From positions 1 to 24,966 of the IMG/VR virus record IMGVR_UViG_3300036787_000081: 24,966 bases of DNA; one strand, written 5' to 3'. Shown one piece after another: positions 24,401 to 24,966 of this stretch. Both the position numbers and the translations under genes were made by a program. The first letter of the stretch is position 1. Each line of letters begins with the position of its first letter. The notes beneath the pieces are model-generated. The model worked only from the letters and a program-made list of their open reading frames with translations. It did not search any database and was not told the DNA's origin. This DNA comes from a virus (Duplodnaviria; Caudoviricetes).

Positions 24401-24966
24401 CCCGCCAAATGCGTATGGCAATAAAGAATGGCTAGTGCTCAAACCAGCACAAGATAAACGCTCCAACCTCATCTTCCGCAAAGAACTTGCTCGTGGCACA
24501 CAAGAAGAAATGGTAGCACAACTGCCTAAGTGGAAAGAACAATACCCTAATGCAGAAGTAAAACAAGACTCAAATGGATGGCATATCAGCACACCTAAGA
24601 TCGATGTCTCTGGTCGTCTCTACCCAATAGCAAAAGCCCGTAAAGATTTTTCAATCCTTGGTAAAGACCATCCTATCGAACAATCCGCCGCCGGATTAGC
24701 ACACCCTGTCGAGCCTCAAAAACTCCACAGTGGTTTAGACCATGAAAAACTAGATAAACTTACTGAACGTATAGCTCGTATTGCTTTTCGTAATCCTGAA
24801 ACTGGTGAAATTATTTCAGCCCCAAGTGGAATTCATTCACAGTTCCTTTCACATCCTGACTATGAAAAAGCGCATGATGATGACGTAGGTTGGGTTACTA
24901 ATTTAGGGCGTTTTGTTAATCGTGATGAGGCTTTAGAGTTGGGGAAAAAGACAGGTCAATTTCAAC
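21489..24966 (+). CDS. Large multidomain ejection / polyvalent-type protein, truncated by the window end (>1150 aa; not in ORF track)
   Basis: Frame is open from ATG 21489 to the end of the window. N-terminal VNFPDSMSPSEVDQAI; internal MLVAEAQSRWGQ...LILKAAIDQAHKEGATHI...NYDNILPK; near the end GWVTNLGRFVNRDEALE. Confidence 0.85.
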   Translation, partial: MKVNIPNVGTVNFPDSMSPSEVDQAIKTKILPSAEGVGINNQYGQFRSANSPAPASLNPPPQWTEPPYERPIGDDAAYKPGVGGSKGFVHNMLNPGPMIAQQMHPGVGKALTEQLTVPNALMAPMIGRLVAKMGAESLAQKIIPYSVRTALAAQGAGIAGTAAGQKIPENTSGENRYLTMQEVFGGLMMAGAPKLGDALKALNDANNARNSRHYYTDPANRPPILQQSNNQRPTPPVSPTASEKSFPDIRTTTPSKPPLVVSPSLVHSGAQEANSPINPDRSDLIQQVQRNIQQFKDSAKPKDLGGGIVEGEIKPIPAKTLSNHLIAIGMKPDPTISRPNRPRILKGNSLKSLDNAELENLYQKTKAQIDNLRFSPEERNRVGITMPQTAERWDAISKLFQAEVNKRNRQITRGKGEGMSDKQITLEPQGVQNERTMQRTGPQGQNVQPPSQEQVEGEGVKASVEKSQPTQGTLPKGNEDVPKGSGGSRGSDRQTNEGLGLADKGDTALFAGIPFAFPPELWEKLGFKKDTPIDAEQLINKLRNVVGVNSQAWQHIQGMNLAQKGEKVSVNELAKRAEAAAPKVEVKDYGMEGKVSEAKKEYDKMTHEWYDTLSNEEKNQVLVPSEWGNLKPELRKKAKEYETLAQKTVNEPRDTSPRATSAYSSVSALPTDEPMPKWTTTKSGKNVQRVDVVIPHAKEGKGVELPIGAQLPNFGDAGKEVNKNLGVLWNPDNLHENLPNTLGWAMIQYVPDRIQIKYLDRPEGYQPEVKPKAMLVAEAQSRWGQSNKKLKDNLKNDVNLNAAQETLDKAARGEINLDAHTKQRLEQLLSKRVSDIDHPLLRDYNRLILKAAIDQAHKEGATHIMVIDGKSALMTEKLDEQYKENPQGKYEHGGKKYDSKHEGGFMLNYDNILPKIAEELTGSKGEKVSLGEHKNAYEQKPHQQVLRRFGTEAEAKQWMEQNQPDGKIQENPPNAYGNKEWLVLKPAQDKRSNLIFRKELARGTQEEMVAQLPKWKEQYPNAEVKQDSNGWHISTPKIDVSGRLYPIAKARKDFSILGKDHPIEQSAAGLAHPVEPQKLHSGLDHEKLDKLTERIARIAFRNPETGEIISAPSGIHSQFLSHPDYEKAHDDDVGWVTNLGRFVNRDEALELGKKTGQFQ
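21596..21622. promoter_or_regulatory. 27-bp pseudo-palindromic motif, copy 5 (inside the large ejection gene)
   Basis: AGTCGGTATT-AATAATC-AATATGGACA; 23/27 identical to copy 4. Confidence 0.7.
22786..22986 (+). CDS. Candidate nested (+1 frame) small basic protein
   Basis: AAGGAG at 22774-79, 6 nt before the ATG. 66 aa, Lys/His-rich. Overlaps a low-complexity linker of the large ORF. Confidence 0.45.
   Translation: MKEQCSEPALKGKMSNLHHKNKLKGKESKHPSKNHNRRKEHFQKEMKMSPKEAEGHAGVIDKLMKD

Noticed and set aside
1483-24592. Numerous 60-190 aa minus-strand and alternate-frame ORFs in the track
   Set aside because: They are shadows of long, tightly coupled + strand genes, with no SD or domain evidence (22786-22986 is the exception and is reported).
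1-24966. tRNA, rRNA, integrase/att site, intron or intein
   Set aside because: No cloverleaf, rRNA-like sequence, recombinase gene or splicing motifs were recognised. Intergenic gaps after position 674 are too short for such elements.

Overview
The window is the packaging and virion-morphogenesis operon of a podovirus-like tailed phage or prophage. Every credible gene is on the + strand. Gene order: small and large terminase, portal, scaffold, major capsid, head-tail adaptor, an accessory block, a tail nozzle (tubular B-like) gene split into two ORFs, a GNAT-like gene, three Gln-rich ejection proteins, and a >1150-aa polyvalent-type ejection protein that runs off the right end and is absent from the ORF track. 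Protein style (LTN..N.F.GNG.GLTN, stand-alone FN3 and LamG exported proteins) and A-rich, often SD-less starts suggest a Verrucomicrobiota-like host (inference only). Most notable observations: (1) a 27-bp pseudo-palindrome, GTCNRTATT-RATWATY-AATAYNGAC, present five times over 21 kb, both between and inside genes; (2) several genes in virion-structural positions, including a tail-fibre-like protein with a divergent GH27 glycosidase domain, carry classical Sec signal peptides, suggesting exported virion parts; (3) two tandem H-type pseudoknot-like elements at the 5' end of the scaffold gene; (4) a GNAT-like gene directly upstream of two ejection proteins that both begin MGCG; (5) a nested +1-frame ORF with a strong SD inside the giant ejection gene. 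All calls come from reading motifs and synteny by eye; no database searches were run.
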